Virus record (IMG/VR): IMGVR_UViG_3300031227_000026
DNA length: 64,000 bases
From: an uncultured virus (IMG/VR IMGVR_UViG_3300031227_000026)
Taxonomy: Duplodnaviria > Heunggongvirae > Uroviricota > Caudoviricetes
Reading direction: 5' to 3' (one strand)
The notes beneath the pieces are model-generated. The model was not told the origin of the DNA. It saw only the letters and a list, made by a program, of their open reading frames with translations, and searched no databases. This document shows positions 63,406-64,000 of this stretch, one piece after another (position 1 is the stretch's first letter; each line of letters starts with the position of its first letter). A program made the translations under genes and the position numbers.

Positions 63406-63445
63406 TTAGACGATTTATGTCCATTCGGATATTATACTATATCGG
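63406..63445 (+). promoter_or_regulatory. Rightward promoter (right arm of a 40-bp inverted repeat)
   Basis: TTAGAC-gatttatgtccattcgga-TATTAT. Confidence 0.7.
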
Positions 63446-63558
63446 GAACTTTATCTTATCCCACTATCCCACTTAAAATTGATTTGATTTTGACAACGTA
63501 TTCTCAAAATCAAATCATAGTCTATGATTCATAAATCATCAAGCAAAGGACAAAAATC

Positions 63559-64000
63559 GTGCCTACAAAAACTAGAGCTATAATCCTTTTCTTAGAGGCA
63601 AAAACATTACCTGATCTTGCAAATCTTTATTCCCATGATATGGAATGTCAAGTCAATGTAGCTCAAGATGGTGGCGAAAGGACAGAAGGAGATTATAAGG
63701 GAAAGAAGTGGCATGGGTGGACAGACGGATTATCAACATGGAAATCTTTTCGTATTCCTTATAATGCCAATAGGGAGCCAGAATATACCGACAGTGAAAT
63801 GAACTTTGACCTAGAGGAACATGTCGAAGCAATTGGTATGACAGGATGGGATTGGAAAAATCGTGTAAGTAAGTGGGTAGCTTTTGACTTTGATGCAATG
63901 ATGGGCCACGCCTCCTCGTCTTCAAATAAAAAATTGACAAATGAAGAATTAGACAAGATTGTGTCGTCGTTACAAAATATCGATTGGGTAACGATTCGAA
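63559..64000 (+). CDS. Probable primase-polymerase (AEP), 5' part only
   Basis: AAGGA RBS, GTG start, open to the window end; WVAFDFD motif I. Confidence 0.6.
   Translation, partial: MPTKTRAIILFLEAKTLPDLANLYSHDMECQVNVAQDGGERTEGDYKGKKWHGWTDGLSTWKSFRIPYNANREPEYTDSEMNFDLEEHVEAIGMTGWDWKNRVSKWVAFDFDAMMGHASSSSNKKLTNEELDKIVSSLQNIDWVTIR

Overview
A 64-kb slice of a large tailed (siphovirus-like) dsDNA phage genome. Almost every gene lies on the minus strand. From 1 to 18.8 kb is the virion and packaging module: tail adhesin, Dit-like proteins, tape measure, tail chaperone with a -1 frameshift, tail tube, capsid, scaffold, portal and lambda-GpA-like terminase. From 18.8 to 22.6 kb is a repeat-rich, probably terminal region. 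There, two heptamer microsatellites, a 12-bp G-tract array and a GATC-rich 24-mer array surround a GC-rich, self-contained operon that encodes a ParB-like protein and lacks several common restriction sites. From 22.6 to 52 kb is a long accessory region of small paralogous ORFs with duplicated gene junctions and homopolymer frameshifts. It also carries an HD hydrolase, glycosyltransferase, lysozyme-like protein, PD-(D/E)XK nuclease, dCMP deaminase, DNA ligase and sigma-like factor. From 52 to 64 kb is the replication module: NYN, VRR-NUC, a PolA with zinc-finger inserts, four tRNAs interleaved with unannotated structured RNAs, two more ParB-like genes, an SNF2 helicase, ThyX-like and SSB-like genes, and twin divergent promoters before a primase-polymerase. 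The leading novelty candidates are (1) three ParB-like proteins without ParA plus clustered TGATTT..AAATCA palindromes, (2) the restriction-site-depleted terminal ParB island, (3) the tRNA/ncRNA tiling array and (4) cassette-like shuffling through duplicated gene junctions. All calls come from reading the sequence by eye; no database searches or folding programs were run.
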